From an uncultured Candidatus Entotheonella sp. (GTDB lineage Bacteria; Tectomicrobia; Entotheonellia; Entotheonellales; Entotheonellaceae), in the NCBI GenBank assembly GCA_965215335.1, contig CBDCDA010000001.1, positions 1,088,001 to 1,152,000 of the forward strand: a DNA stretch of 64,000 bases, given 5' to 3'. The position numbers and the translations under genes were made by a program. The notes under the pieces were generated by a model. That model worked only from the letters and a program-made list of their open reading frames with translations. It did no database searches and was not told the origin of the DNA. Every line of letters starts with the position of its first letter. The first letter of the stretch is position 1. Shown here one piece after another: positions 1 through 9,145 of this stretch.

Positions 1-423
1 CTTGTTAGAGGAAGCACGCGTGATCGAGTGAGTCGGTCCATGCTTGGGTCATTCTCAGTACCAATTCCACCCCTCCCTGAACAAACCGCCATCGTCTGCT
101 ATCTCGACAAGGCCATTGCCGCCATCGACACCGCCATTGCCCGCACCCGACGCCATATCGAATTGCTGCAGGAATACCGCACCCGCCTCATCGCCGATGT
201 CGTCACCGGCAAGCTCGACGTGCGCGAGGCCGCGGCCGCACTGCCCGAGGCCGATCCCCTCGCTGCCGAAGACACCCTCGACACCGACACCGTGCAGGGT
301 CGACGCCGGAGTTTTACAGGCCACAACGATACATTATTCGGGATCAACCATCCCTTCCATGCGGCGCGCGGGTGTTGCCCATCGGTCAATGAGAACCTAT
401 GCTGTGTCACCCAGAAATTGTGA
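1..423 (+). CDS. hsdS: Type I restriction-modification specificity subunit, C-terminal part (5' end outside window)
   Basis: Frame open from base 1; IPPLPEQTAIVCYLDK...IELLQEYRTRLIADVVTGKLDVR is the typical HsdS C-terminal conserved helix; hsdR remnant downstream. Confidence 0.85.
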   Translation, partial: LVRGSTRDRVSRSMLGSFSVPIPPLPEQTAIVCYLDKAIAAIDTAIARTRRHIELLQEYRTRLIADVVTGKLDVREAAAALPEADPLAAEDTLDTDTVQGRRRSFTGHNDTLFGINHPFHAARGCCPSVNENLCCVTQKL

Positions 424-433
424 GGCTACGCCC

Positions 434-775
434 ATGAAAAACATCACCGTATCCGTTGACGAAGAAACCCACCGGCTCGCCCGAATCCGAGCGGCAGAGT
501 TGGACACCTCGGTGTCGGCTCTGGTGCGGGGCTACCTGAAAAGCCTGGTTACAGACCGCCCCGGCGACACAGTGGCCGATGGGCCGGGCGCAGAGACGGA
601 GGCCGAACGCCGTCGCAGAATGTTGCGCGAGGTCATCGAGGAGATCACGGCCAACGGGGGCGGATTGCGCATGGCCGACAACCTGCCCCGCGAGGAACTG
701 TACGACCGGGCCAGAGCCAGGGCCGAGGCTCAGGCAGCGGCCGCCACCGAACGCCAAGACTTCAAGCGCGGGTGA
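434..775 (+). CDS. Ribbon-helix-helix-type antitoxin (VapB-like)
   Basis: ATG at 434, MKNITVSVDEETHRLARIRAAELDTSVSALVRGYL (RHH pattern), C-terminal LPREELYDR; abuts PIN gene. Confidence 0.75.
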   Translation: MKNITVSVDEETHRLARIRAAELDTSVSALVRGYLKSLVTDRPGDTVADGPGAETEAERRRRMLREVIEEITANGGGLRMADNLPREELYDRARARAEAQAAAATERQDFKRG

Positions 776-780
776 GCGCG

Positions 781-1203
781 ATGCGCTTTGTCGATACGAA
801 CGTGCTGCTGTACGCGGTAAGCGCTCTATCCGAGGACGCGGATAAGCGTCTTCACGCCCTCAACCTGCTGACCGCAGGAGATTTGGCGCTGTCGGTGCAG
901 GTGCTGCAAGAGTTCTATCACCAGGCAACGCGCCCCAGCCGCCTGGGAGCGATCACCCAAGACCAAGCGTTGCGATTCATTGAGAGCATCAGTCACTTTC
1001 CGGTGCAGGACGTCACCCTCGATGTGTTTCGCGTCGGCGCTGCTATCAGCCGGCGCTTTCGGCTGTCATACTGGGACGGCGCGATCCTCGCTGCAGCGCG
1101 TATCCTGGGCTGCGACGCGGTCTATTCCGAGGACCTGAGTCCGCAGCAGGACTACGACGGCCTCCGGGTCATAAACCCGTTTCTGAAAGAATCGCCAGCG
1201 TAA
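781..1203 (+). CDS. vapC: PIN-domain toxin (VapC-like ribonuclease)
   Basis: FVDTNVLLYA, QVLQEFY, SYWDGAILAAA, YSEDL acidic PIN motifs; alternative GTG start at 772. Confidence 0.88.
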   Translation: MRFVDTNVLLYAVSALSEDADKRLHALNLLTAGDLALSVQVLQEFYHQATRPSRLGAITQDQALRFIESISHFPVQDVTLDVFRVGAAISRRFRLSYWDGAILAAARILGCDAVYSEDLSPQQDYDGLRVINPFLKESPA

Positions 1204-2375
1204 TGACCACCGACACCTCCGAACGCGGCCTCGAATGCCTCATCTGCACGGCGCTGGCCGGGCATCCGTGCGAGCCGCCGGCATCGGGCACCGTGGCCGA
1301 ACCGCCCGCCGGATACGGCGGCGTGGGCTGGAGCGGCGGCAACCCGCACGACTACGACCGCGAGCATGGCGTCGATGTCGTGCAACTCCGCGCCTTCCTG
1401 CGGGCCACCCAGCCGCAAGCCGCGGCAACGCTGGCGCTGCATGAGGACGGCCCGACCCGGCGGCGCTTCCTGGCGCGGCTGCAGGGCGAGGTGTCCAAGC
1501 GTGGCACTATCGACGTGCTGCGCTACGGCGTGCGGCACGGACCGCATCACCTGCACCTGTTCTACGGCACGCCGTCCCCCGGCAACGAGCCGGCCAGGGA
1601 ACGCTTTCGAGCACAACCGCTTCACCGTCACCCGGCAGCTGCGCTACAGCCGCGACGAGACCCAGCGGGCACTGGACATCGGGCTGTTCGTCAACGGCCT
1701 GCCGGTGTTCACCTTCGAGCTCAAGAACCGCCTGACCAAGCAGACGGTGGACGACGCGGTCCAGCAGTACCGCAAGGACCGCAACTGGCGCGAGAAGCTG
1801 TTCGAGTTCGGGCGCTGCGTGGCCCACTTCGCGGTGGACGACAGCGAGGCGCGCTTCTGCACCCGCCTGCAAGGCAAAAGCTCGTGGTTCCTGCCCTTCA
1901 ACCGCGGCTGGAACGACGGGGCGGGCAACCCGCCGAACCCGGACGGCATCAAGACCGACTACCTGTGGCGCGCCGTGCTGTCCCGCGACAGCCTGACCGA
2001 CATCCTGGAGAATTACGCCCAGGTGGTGAAGACCAGGGACGAGAAGACAGGTCGAAAGAAAAGGGATCAGGTCTGGCCGCGCTACCACCAACTCGACGTG
2101 GTGCGCCGTCTGCTGGCCGACGCGGGGACGCACGGGGCGGGGCGGCGCTTCGCCATCCTTATCGACGAGGCCCACTCCAGCCAGGGCGGGCGCACCAGCG
2201 GGGCGATGACGCAGGCGCTCGCCGAGGCCGGCCAGGCGGACGAGGAAGAGATGTTCGAGGACCAGATCAACCGCCTCATGGCGTCCCGCAGGCTGCTCCC
2301 CAACGCCAGCTACTTCGCCTTCACCGCCACCCCCAAGAACAAGACGCTGGAGATCTTCGGCGACCAGGAGCCGCA
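1203..2375 (+). pseudogene. hsdR: Type I restriction endonuclease R subunit, frameshifted, internally deleted and truncated
   Basis: MTTDTSERGLE start; +1 shift at TTT 1605-1607 joins to NRFTVTRQLRYS...LFVNGLPVFTFELKN; PRYHQLDVVR jumps directly to IDEAHSSQ with no Walker A; ends shortly after FTATPKNKTLEIFG. Confidence 0.88.
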
Positions 2376-2397
2376 ACGCCCGGTTTTCGGCAAGCAG

Positions 2398-2900
2398 CTA
2401 CCCTTTGCCGTCCACCGGGGAGACTTCGACCCCGTCCGGGTGGCCCGGACGCTTGCCGGCAGCGAGATCATCGAGGGCGCCTGCCGGAATCATCCAGACG
2501 ACGCCTTTATTCTCGAAGGGCGGCTCGAACTGGTCGCCGGCCAGCGCCGTATCGGCGACAAAGAGATTGCCGCTGGCATCGAAAGCCAAGGGCATTGGAA
2601 ATGAGGACGGGAATGCCGTTGATCTCCTCGAAGAGCGACCCGTGCCCATGTCAATCTCGCCGAGTGTCTGACCATCGGGGGTGAAGGCCAGGAGCTTCGA
2701 ACGCATCCGGTTGCGGTCCGTGATCACCTGCCCATCGGCATCCCGCATCGGGGCATGCGGCAGGCAGGCAAAGATCGTTCCGGCGGGGAACGTCGTCGCA
2801 TCCACCGGCAGGACGCCCATCCCCAAGCCCCCGGTCAGGCTGGTGACGAGCTTGTCATCTACCATCGTCAACTCGCCCGATGCCTGCACTTCGAGCTCGC
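2398..2900 (-). pseudogene. Remnant of an NHL/SMP-30 (gluconolactonase-like) beta-propeller protein
   Basis: AFDASGNLFVADT and PDGVEVSPVDGK propeller-like motifs; two compensating indels (about 2640 and 2583) give GTGSLFEEINGIPVLISNALGFDASGNL; no credible start. Confidence 0.5.
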
Positions 2901-2912
2901 TGATGAAGGCAA

Positions 2913-3009
2913 GGCAGGGGTCGCTGTGGCGACCCCCTGCCCGGGTGTGCCTGCACGCCGGGAGGAGGGGCGCGTCAGGCACGTTGATCGATGAGCAGGA
3001 TGGGGACGC
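2913..3009. repeat. About 95-bp structured intergenic repeat, copy A (two hairpins)
   Basis: ggcagggg..cccctgcc and gtgcctg..caggcac stems; clearly similar to 30607-30700. Confidence 0.7.
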
Positions 3010-3022
3010 CCGCTCTCGGCCA

Positions 3023-5203
3023 TTACCACGTCCGGAGGTAGGAAATCGTTGCCTTGGGGTTGATGCCGGCCTCGGGTATGGACGCCAGGTGGCGCCGATA
3101 CGCCTTGTCGGTCAGGTTGTCGACGCCCACGTCGACCCGGAAGCCTTGCAGTGGGCCGGCGTGCGGCTGCCAGCTTGCAAAGAGGTCATACACGCTGTAG
3201 CCGGGCGTCTTCTCGGGTCCCCCTCGCTCATTCTCCGGAACCCTGTCCTGGTTATCGACAATCTGCACCCGACCGCCCACCGTGAGGTCCCAGGGGAGGT
3301 GGGTGTAGCTCAAGCCAATAACACCCCTCCGCGGTTGAATATCTCCCAGCGGCGCGTCGTCTGCACCGTCCTCTCCCGTGACGTCGTCTCCTTTGACGTC
3401 CGTGTAGTTGGCCCACACGTCGAATCCCGTCATGAAGACCCAGCGCAACTCGGCTTCGATCCCCTGGATGAGGGCTTTCTGTACATTGACGTACTGGATT
3501 GTCGTCTGAGGCGGGGCAGGCATTTGACCAGGTATGGGGGGAGCGAAGCTCACCCTCACGTCAGCGTCGATGAAATCATCAATCTGGTTTCGGAACCAGG
3601 CGAGCTTGAAAAGAAATCGGTCATGGTCCGACAGCACACCCTCGCCGCGCAGGCGGAGACCCACGTCGACATTGCGGCTCTTTTCCGGCTTCAGATCGGG
3701 ATTCGGCAGAAATTCAGCTACGAGGCCGGCGGTGTGGCTACCGCTAATGTATAGCTCCCCGAATGCGGGGGCCCGGAATCCCTCGGCATAATTGGCTTCC
3801 AGATACAGGAAATTGGTCACTTTGAAAACCCCGCCGATTTTGGGGCTGAGGTGCCTGTCGGTGATGTCGTCCTGCCCCTCGGTGTCGTTCTGAAAGCGGT
3901 CCCAGCGCAACGCCGGAATGATGAACAGCCGGCCGCCCAGGCTGATCTCATCCTGCACGTACAGGGACATCGTGCGGGCATCCGCATCCGGGAAGAACAG
4001 GTACGGACGGCCGTCCTGCTCGGCACGCTGGCGATCCTGGAAATACTCGAACCCGTACGTCAGGACGTGCCGATGCGCTGGCAGCAGCCGGATGTCGGAG
4101 GAATTGCGCAGGTCGAATCCCGTGGTGTCGTAACTGGTGGCGTCCGGGCGCTCGTCCGACAGCCGGTGGCGGCGGGTGTCCATGGTGGTGACATAGGCAA
4201 ACCCGCTGAAGCGGAGATACGGGTTCTCCTCGTTGTCGAACGTGTATCCCAGGCGGTAAGTCGTCTGCTTGGTCTGGCGGTCCATCAGTGGGTTGAAGCG
4301 AGGGTCCGTCCGGCCATCCGGAGCGGCCGGCACCTCGCCGTCTTCCTCGAATCCCTGTATCGAGAACCGCAGCTCGGAATGGCGCGCCGGGCGCCAGATC
4401 AGCTTGCCCAGGCCGTTGCGCAGGTCTTCGGCGGAATGTTCGAGACGGCCGGCATCGCCGCCGAGCTCGATGTCTTGCGCTTGGCGGACCGCAAAGGAAC
4501 CCAGGTATTCCACGTTCGCGTCCAGGCGCCCGAACAGCATGCCGCCGGTCAGCCATTCGTCATTGACGCCCTGAAAGCCCAGCTTCAGTTGGCCGCCCAT
4601 GCGGTCCCCTTCCTCCAGGAAGTCGGCCGGGTCGACGGTGCTCATGGCCAGCACGCCGCCCAGGGCGCCACTGCCCCACAGCGCCGAATTGGGCCCCCGC
4701 ACCACGTCGATCCGCTGCAGGGCGTCGACGTCCAGAAACAGCCGTCCCTGGTGTCCGGCGTTGAAATTGAGCCGCACCCCGTCCATGGTGGCGAGCACCC
4801 GCGGCCCCGACAGACCGCGAATCGAGGGAAGTTCCGCCAGGCGCCGCGGGCCGCCGCCCACCTCAAGACCCGGCTGGTAGCGCAGCACGTCATCCAGGCT
4901 CTGGGCCTGCATGCGGTCGATTTCGTCGCGATGGATGACGTTGACCTCGCCGGGGGTTTCGGCCGGATCCCGCCGCGTCTTGGTCGCCGTGACCGTTATC
5001 GTGTCGGTAACCAGCGGTGTCGCTTGCCGAGCCGCCAACTGCTCGCCGCCGGCTGGCGTGTCTTCCTGCGCCACGATGGCAGCCGGAACCAGGCAGCACA
5101 GAGCCGTACAAAAAATCAGAGTGCGCCCCAGGGCGTGTCGCAGCAACGCCTTGCCATGGCGTTGTGGAGCGGCCCCCTGTCGCCATGCGGTCGCTGTTTG
5201 CAT
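3023..5203 (-). CDS. TonB-dependent heme/hemoglobin receptor (HmuR/ChuA-like)
   Basis: TonB box DTITVTAT, plug region RIDVVRGPNSALWGSGALGGV, FRAP and NPDL motifs, terminal W; RBS aaggaga before ATG 5203; divergent from hmuTUV. Confidence 0.92.
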   Translation of the reverse strand: MQTATAWRQGAAPQRHGKALLRHALGRTLIFCTALCCLVPAAIVAQEDTPAGGEQLAARQATPLVTDTITVTATKTRRDPAETPGEVNVIHRDEIDRMQAQSLDDVLRYQPGLEVGGGPRRLAELPSIRGLSGPRVLATMDGVRLNFNAGHQGRLFLDVDALQRIDVVRGPNSALWGSGALGGVLAMSTVDPADFLEEGDRMGGQLKLGFQGVNDEWLTGGMLFGRLDANVEYLGSFAVRQAQDIELGGDAGRLEHSAEDLRNGLGKLIWRPARHSELRFSIQGFEEDGEVPAAPDGRTDPRFNPLMDRQTKQTTYRLGYTFDNEENPYLRFSGFAYVTTMDTRRHRLSDERPDATSYDTTGFDLRNSSDIRLLPAHRHVLTYGFEYFQDRQRAEQDGRPYLFFPDADARTMSLYVQDEISLGGRLFIIPALRWDRFQNDTEGQDDITDRHLSPKIGGVFKVTNFLYLEANYAEGFRAPAFGELYISGSHTAGLVAEFLPNPDLKPEKSRNVDVGLRLRGEGVLSDHDRFLFKLAWFRNQIDDFIDADVRVSFAPPIPGQMPAPPQTTIQYVNVQKALIQGIEAELRWVFMTGFDVWANYTDVKGDDVTGEDGADDAPLGDIQPRRGVIGLSYTHLPWDLTVGGRVQIVDNQDRVPENERGGPEKTPGYSVYDLFASWQPHAGPLQGFRVDVGVDNLTDKAYRRHLASIPEAGINPKATISYLRTW

Positions 5204-5297
5204 GATGTCTCCTTTCGTCACTTGATTCGTATTCGTCGCCGAGTTGACCACAGTGGCTACCGGACACGCCTGTTTGGGCATTCACCCTGCACACCAT

Positions 5298-5316
5298 ATT
5301 GAAAACGATTATCATT
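5298..5316. promoter_or_regulatory. Fur-type box 1 (between heme receptor and hmuT)
   Basis: attgaaaacgattatcatt; AT-rich site resembling the Fur consensus; related motif recurs five more times upstream of iron-island genes. Confidence 0.75.
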
Positions 5317-5479
5317 TTCTTTTTAGAAGGCCAATGTAAACCCATTTGTAAGGGGGTGAGGGCAGGAAAGAGGGCGGAATATCTAGTTACAAGTTGGTTT
5401 GAGGAGGTTGGTAGAGGGGGTATGATGCGGCGAAATTCGATTCATCCTGAACCTTTTACTGATCAAGAGAAGATTCGCC

Positions 5480-6340
5480 ATGTCCAGACAGCGTTCTTTC
5501 CTGTTATCGGTATGGGTGGTTTGGATGGTGCTTGCTTCGGCCGCCGGTGCGGCGCCCCGCATCGTCAGCATTGGCGGCTCGGTAACCGAAATCGTGTACG
5601 CCTTGGGCGCCGGAGCCGACGTGGTGGGGGTGGATACGTCGAGCACCTACCCGGAGGCCGCGACGCAACTGCCGCAAGTGGGATATCAACGCCGGTTTTC
5701 CGCCGAAGGCGTGCTGTCCCTGCAACCGGACGTGGTGCTGGTCAGCAGCGAAGCCGGTCCGCCGGTGGCCTTGACGCATCTCAGGTCGGCCGTCGAGGTT
5801 GTCGAAGTCCCTCTGGCTTACACCATCGCCGGCGCTGAAGCCAAAATCCACATGATCGCCCAAACACTCGGCCGGCAAGACCAGGGCAAGGGATTGGTAA
5901 ACGGCCTGCGCCGCGACCTCGCTGTCGCTCAAGCCGCGCTGGGTCGGGTTCGCTCGCAGCCGCGCGTGCTGTTCCTGTATGCCCGCGGCCTGGGTACCCT
6001 GTACGTCTCGGGATCGGGCACGGCAGCCGACGCCATGATCCGGCTGGCCGGCGGCGTCAACGCCGTCACCGAGTACGAGGGCTTCAAGCCGTTCACCCCG
6101 GAAGCCGTTTTGGCCGCCGCCCCCGACGTGTTGTTGATGCTGGCTCGCGGGATCGACAGCCTGGGCGGTGTCGAGGGACTTCTGAAACTTCCCGGCATTG
6201 TCCTCACCGAGGCCGCCAGACAGCGCCGCATCGTCGCCATGGACGATCTGTATCTGAGTGGTTTCGGCCCGCGTCTCGGGGCGGCGATCAAGGATCTGGC
6301 CTTCCATTTGCACCCCGAATTGCAACCGGATTCGCCATGA
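5480..6340 (+). CDS. hmuT: Heme ABC transporter periplasmic binding protein
   Basis: Signal peptide, RIVSIGGSVTEIVYALG, VGYQRRFSAEGVLSLQP with heme-ligand Tyr, GFGPR. Confidence 0.92.
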   Translation: MSRQRSFLLSVWVVWMVLASAAGAAPRIVSIGGSVTEIVYALGAGADVVGVDTSSTYPEAATQLPQVGYQRRFSAEGVLSLQPDVVLVSSEAGPPVALTHLRSAVEVVEVPLAYTIAGAEAKIHMIAQTLGRQDQGKGLVNGLRRDLAVAQAALGRVRSQPRVLFLYARGLGTLYVSGSGTAADAMIRLAGGVNAVTEYEGFKPFTPEAVLAAAPDVLLMLARGIDSLGGVEGLLKLPGIVLTEAARQRRIVAMDDLYLSGFGPRLGAAIKDLAFHLHPELQPDSP

Positions 6341-7458
6341 TGCGCGAGGCCGTTGCGCAGGGAACGACTTCGGAGAGCGGCGACGACACCCGTGCAGGAA
6401 CACCCATGCCGCGCCAGCGATGGGCGGCGTTCGTTCTGCTGACCCTGTTCGCCCTCCTGCTGCTGAGTGGCGGCGTCGCCGTTGGCACGGGGGTGGTGCA
6501 CATGGCACCCGGCCAGGTTCTGGCCGTCCTGGCGCGGCAGGTCGGCTTGTCCTTGCCGTGGCCGTTCGCCCCCCAGCACGAGGCGGTGCTGATGACCATC
6601 CGTCTGCCGCGGGTACTGCTAGCGGTTCTCGTGGGTGGCGGCCTGGCGGTATCGGGCGCCGCCATGCAAGGGCTGTTTCGCAATCCGCTGGCCGACCCCG
6701 GCCTGGTGGGTGTGTCCAGCGGCGCGGCCCTGGCGGCCGTGGCCGTCATCGTGCTCGGCGCCACCTGGCTGCCCGGCGTCACCCTTCTGCTGGGGCCGTT
6801 CACCCTGCCGCTGGCAGCCTTTGCCGGCGGCGTGGGCACCACCCTGCTGGTGTATCGCGTGGCCCGTGTGGCCGGGCGCACCGTGGTGGCCACCCTGCTG
6901 CTGACCGGCATCGCGGTGAACGCGCTGGCCGGCGCGGGCACCGGGCTGTTGACCTTCGTTGCCACCGACGAGGCGCTGCGCAACATCACCTTCTGGAGCC
7001 TGGGCAGCCTGAGCGGCGCGACCTGGGATGCGGTGGCCGTGCTGGCAGCGTGCATCGTGCCCGCGGTGTGGCTGCTGACACGCGGTGCTCTGGCCCTGAA
7101 CGTCATGCTGCTGGGGGAAATGGAGGCCGGTCATCTTGGCGTACACGTCGAGCGGGTCAAACGGCTCAACGTTCTGCTGGTCGGGTTGACGGTCGGCGCC
7201 GCCGTTTCCGTCACCGGCATCATCGGCTTTGTCGGCCTCGTCGTGCCCCACCTGCTGCGGTTGCTGGTGGGCCCCGACCACCGCTACGTGCTGCCGGGCG
7301 CCGTTCTGTTCGGCGCCGTCCTGCTGCTGGGTGCCGACCTGCTGGCCCGCACGCTGGTCACGCCGGCGGAGTTGCCCATCGGCATCGTCACCGCCGCGCT
7401 CGGCGCACCTTTCTTCCTGTGGCTGCTCATGCGCCAGCGGCACCAGTGGAGCCCGTGA
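6337..7458 (+). CDS. hmuU: Heme ABC transporter permease (FecCD family)
   Basis: IRLPR, QGLFRNPLADPGLVGVSSGA, GIIGFVGLVVPH, ELPIGIVTA. Confidence 0.92.
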   Translation: MMREAVAQGTTSESGDDTRAGTPMPRQRWAAFVLLTLFALLLLSGGVAVGTGVVHMAPGQVLAVLARQVGLSLPWPFAPQHEAVLMTIRLPRVLLAVLVGGGLAVSGAAMQGLFRNPLADPGLVGVSSGAALAAVAVIVLGATWLPGVTLLLGPFTLPLAAFAGGVGTTLLVYRVARVAGRTVVATLLLTGIAVNALAGAGTGLLTFVATDEALRNITFWSLGSLSGATWDAVAVLAACIVPAVWLLTRGALALNVMLLGEMEAGHLGVHVERVKRLNVLLVGLTVGAAVSVTGIIGFVGLVVPHLLRLLVGPDHRYVLPGAVLFGAVLLLGADLLARTLVTPAELPIGIVTAALGAPFFLWLLMRQRHQWSP

Positions 7459-8231
7459 TGCTCGCCGTACGGAACGTCCACGTGCGCGTTGGCCGGAGCC
7501 GGCTGCTTACCGACGTGTCGCTGAGCGTGGCCAGCGGTGAGGTCGTGGCCATCGTCGGGCCCAACGGAGCTGGCAAATCGACCCTGCTCAAGGCCATGTG
7601 CGGCGACGTGCTCCCAACCCGCGGCGAGGTTACGCTCAATGGCCGGCGCTTGCGGGCCTGGCACCGGCGTGAACGCGCCCGCGTCATGGCGGTGCTGCCC
7701 CAGGAATCGACCCTGGCGTTTCCGTTCACGGTTCTCGAGGTGGTCATGATGGGCCGCACCCCGCACGGCGGTGCTGGCGACCGGCGGGACCAGGCGATCG
7801 CCCGAGCGGCCCTGGAGGCCGCCGGCATGAGCGCGTTTGAGCAGCGTATCTACCCGACCCTGTCGGGCGGCGAGCGGCAGCGCGTGCACGTGGCGCGCGT
7901 GCTGGCGCAGGTGTGGGAAGAACCCGGGAACGGCGCCCGCTACCTGCTGCTCGACGAACCGACCGCCAGCCTGGACCTGGCGTACCAGCATCACACGCTC
8001 GAAACCTTCAGGCAGTTCGCCGCCAGGGGCGCAGGGGTGCTGGCCGTCCTGCACGACCTCAACCTCGCGGCGCAGTTCGCGGACCACATTGTCGTCCTGC
8101 GGGACGGTCATCAACTGGCTTCCGGCTGTCCACACACGGTCCTGACGCCGGGCGTCATTCAGGCGGCCTTCGCCTTTCCGGCCACGGTGATGCCGCATCC
8201 ATCGCGGGCCTGCCCATTGGTGGTGGCGTAA
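7458..8231 (+). CDS. hmuV: Heme ABC transporter ATP-binding protein
   Basis: GPNGAGKST, LSGGERQRV, LLLDEPTASLD, LHDLNLAA; ATG overlaps hmuU stop (TGATG). Confidence 0.92.
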   Translation: MLAVRNVHVRVGRSRLLTDVSLSVASGEVVAIVGPNGAGKSTLLKAMCGDVLPTRGEVTLNGRRLRAWHRRERARVMAVLPQESTLAFPFTVLEVVMMGRTPHGGAGDRRDQAIARAALEAAGMSAFEQRIYPTLSGGERQRVHVARVLAQVWEEPGNGARYLLLDEPTASLDLAYQHHTLETFRQFAARGAGVLAVLHDLNLAAQFADHIVVLRDGHQLASGCPHTVLTPGVIQAAFAFPATVMPHPSRACPLVVA

Positions 8232-8295
8232 CGGTGAGCCCTCGGGACCAGACGGGAGACAGGATTGATTCGCATCAGACAACGGAGGAGTCATC

Positions 8296-8607
8296 ATGGC
8301 CTACATCGCGATGAACAATTTCCAGGTAGCGGCGGACCAGGCGGCGGGATTCGAGGCGCGCTGGCGGGAGCGGCCCAGCCGCCTGCACGAGGTGCCGGGG
8401 TTCGAGAGTTTCCGTCTCCTGCGCGGCGACGAATCGGAAGGGGTGGTCCATTACGCCTCGCACACCGTCTGGGCGTCGAAGAAAGCGTTCGAGGCGTGGA
8501 CGAAATCGGACCATTTTGCCCAGGCTCACGGTGGGGAGCCGCTGCCGGCGGGCATGGTGCTGGGGCATCCCAAGCTGCAGCGTTTCGAGGTCGTTCTACA
8601 AAGCTGA
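8296..8607 (+). CDS. ABM-family heme-degrading monooxygenase (IsdG/HmuQ-like)
   Basis: MAYIAMNNF (Asn), AWTKSDHFAQAH (Trp, His) pattern; RBS ggagga; follows hmuTUV. Confidence 0.85.
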   Translation: MAYIAMNNFQVAADQAAGFEARWRERPSRLHEVPGFESFRLLRGDESEGVVHYASHTVWASKKAFEAWTKSDHFAQAHGGEPLPAGMVLGHPKLQRFEVVLQS

Positions 8608-8680
8608 ATGGGATTGCCCGGCGACCGGACGTGGCCGAGGTGCCCTCTCAAGGGGGCAATTCCCCTGTTCTCCCGCGGTC

Positions 8681-8726
8681 TTGACACAGGAACGCAAGCG
8701 TTATTAAATTGAAAACGGTTGTCAGA
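8681..8726 (+). promoter_or_regulatory. Sigma70-like promoter overlapped by Fur-type box 2
   Basis: TTGACA (8681)-17 bp-TTAAAT (8704), then attgaaaacggttgtcaga (8708-8726). Confidence 0.7.
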
Positions 8727-8788
8727 ATCAGTTGATTCGTGATACAAGCCTCCCATAGGTGGGACCTGCTTACGGAAGGAGGGAATGC

Positions 8789-9145
8789 ATGCGGGAAGAA
8801 ATCATCGCCACGATTTCCCAGGACGAAGGGGTCAATCTGGAGGTGGCCCTGGTGTACACCGCTGCGGATGATGCCGCTGTCGAATTGCGGCACCTTGTCT
8901 GGGGGCAGGGGTTGGGGTGGTATCGCCAGAAGACCCTGCGCCTGGAAGCGCAGGCGGCGCATTCGCTATTGCGGGCACTGGGGCAGGTGCGGCATCGTCT
9001 GGTGCCCGCAGGGGACGCCGCCTCAGCCGGGAAAATCATTCCGTTCCCGGGTGTTGGCCCTTCTCCGGTCGAGACGAAGCGCCGGGCGATCCGAGGCGGC
9101 TCCCAGCGTTCCTGTTCATCCATTCCAGAGACGGTATCCATCTGA
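8789..9145 (+). CDS. Hypothetical protein (118 aa), iron-regulated candidate
   Basis: RBS aaggaggg before ATG 8789; globular-looking VELRHLVWGQGLGWYRQKTLRL; own Fur-boxed promoter. Confidence 0.7.
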   Translation: MREEIIATISQDEGVNLEVALVYTAADDAAVELRHLVWGQGLGWYRQKTLRLEAQAAHSLLRALGQVRHRLVPAGDAASAGKIIPFPGVGPSPVETKRRAIRGGSQRSCSSIPETVSI

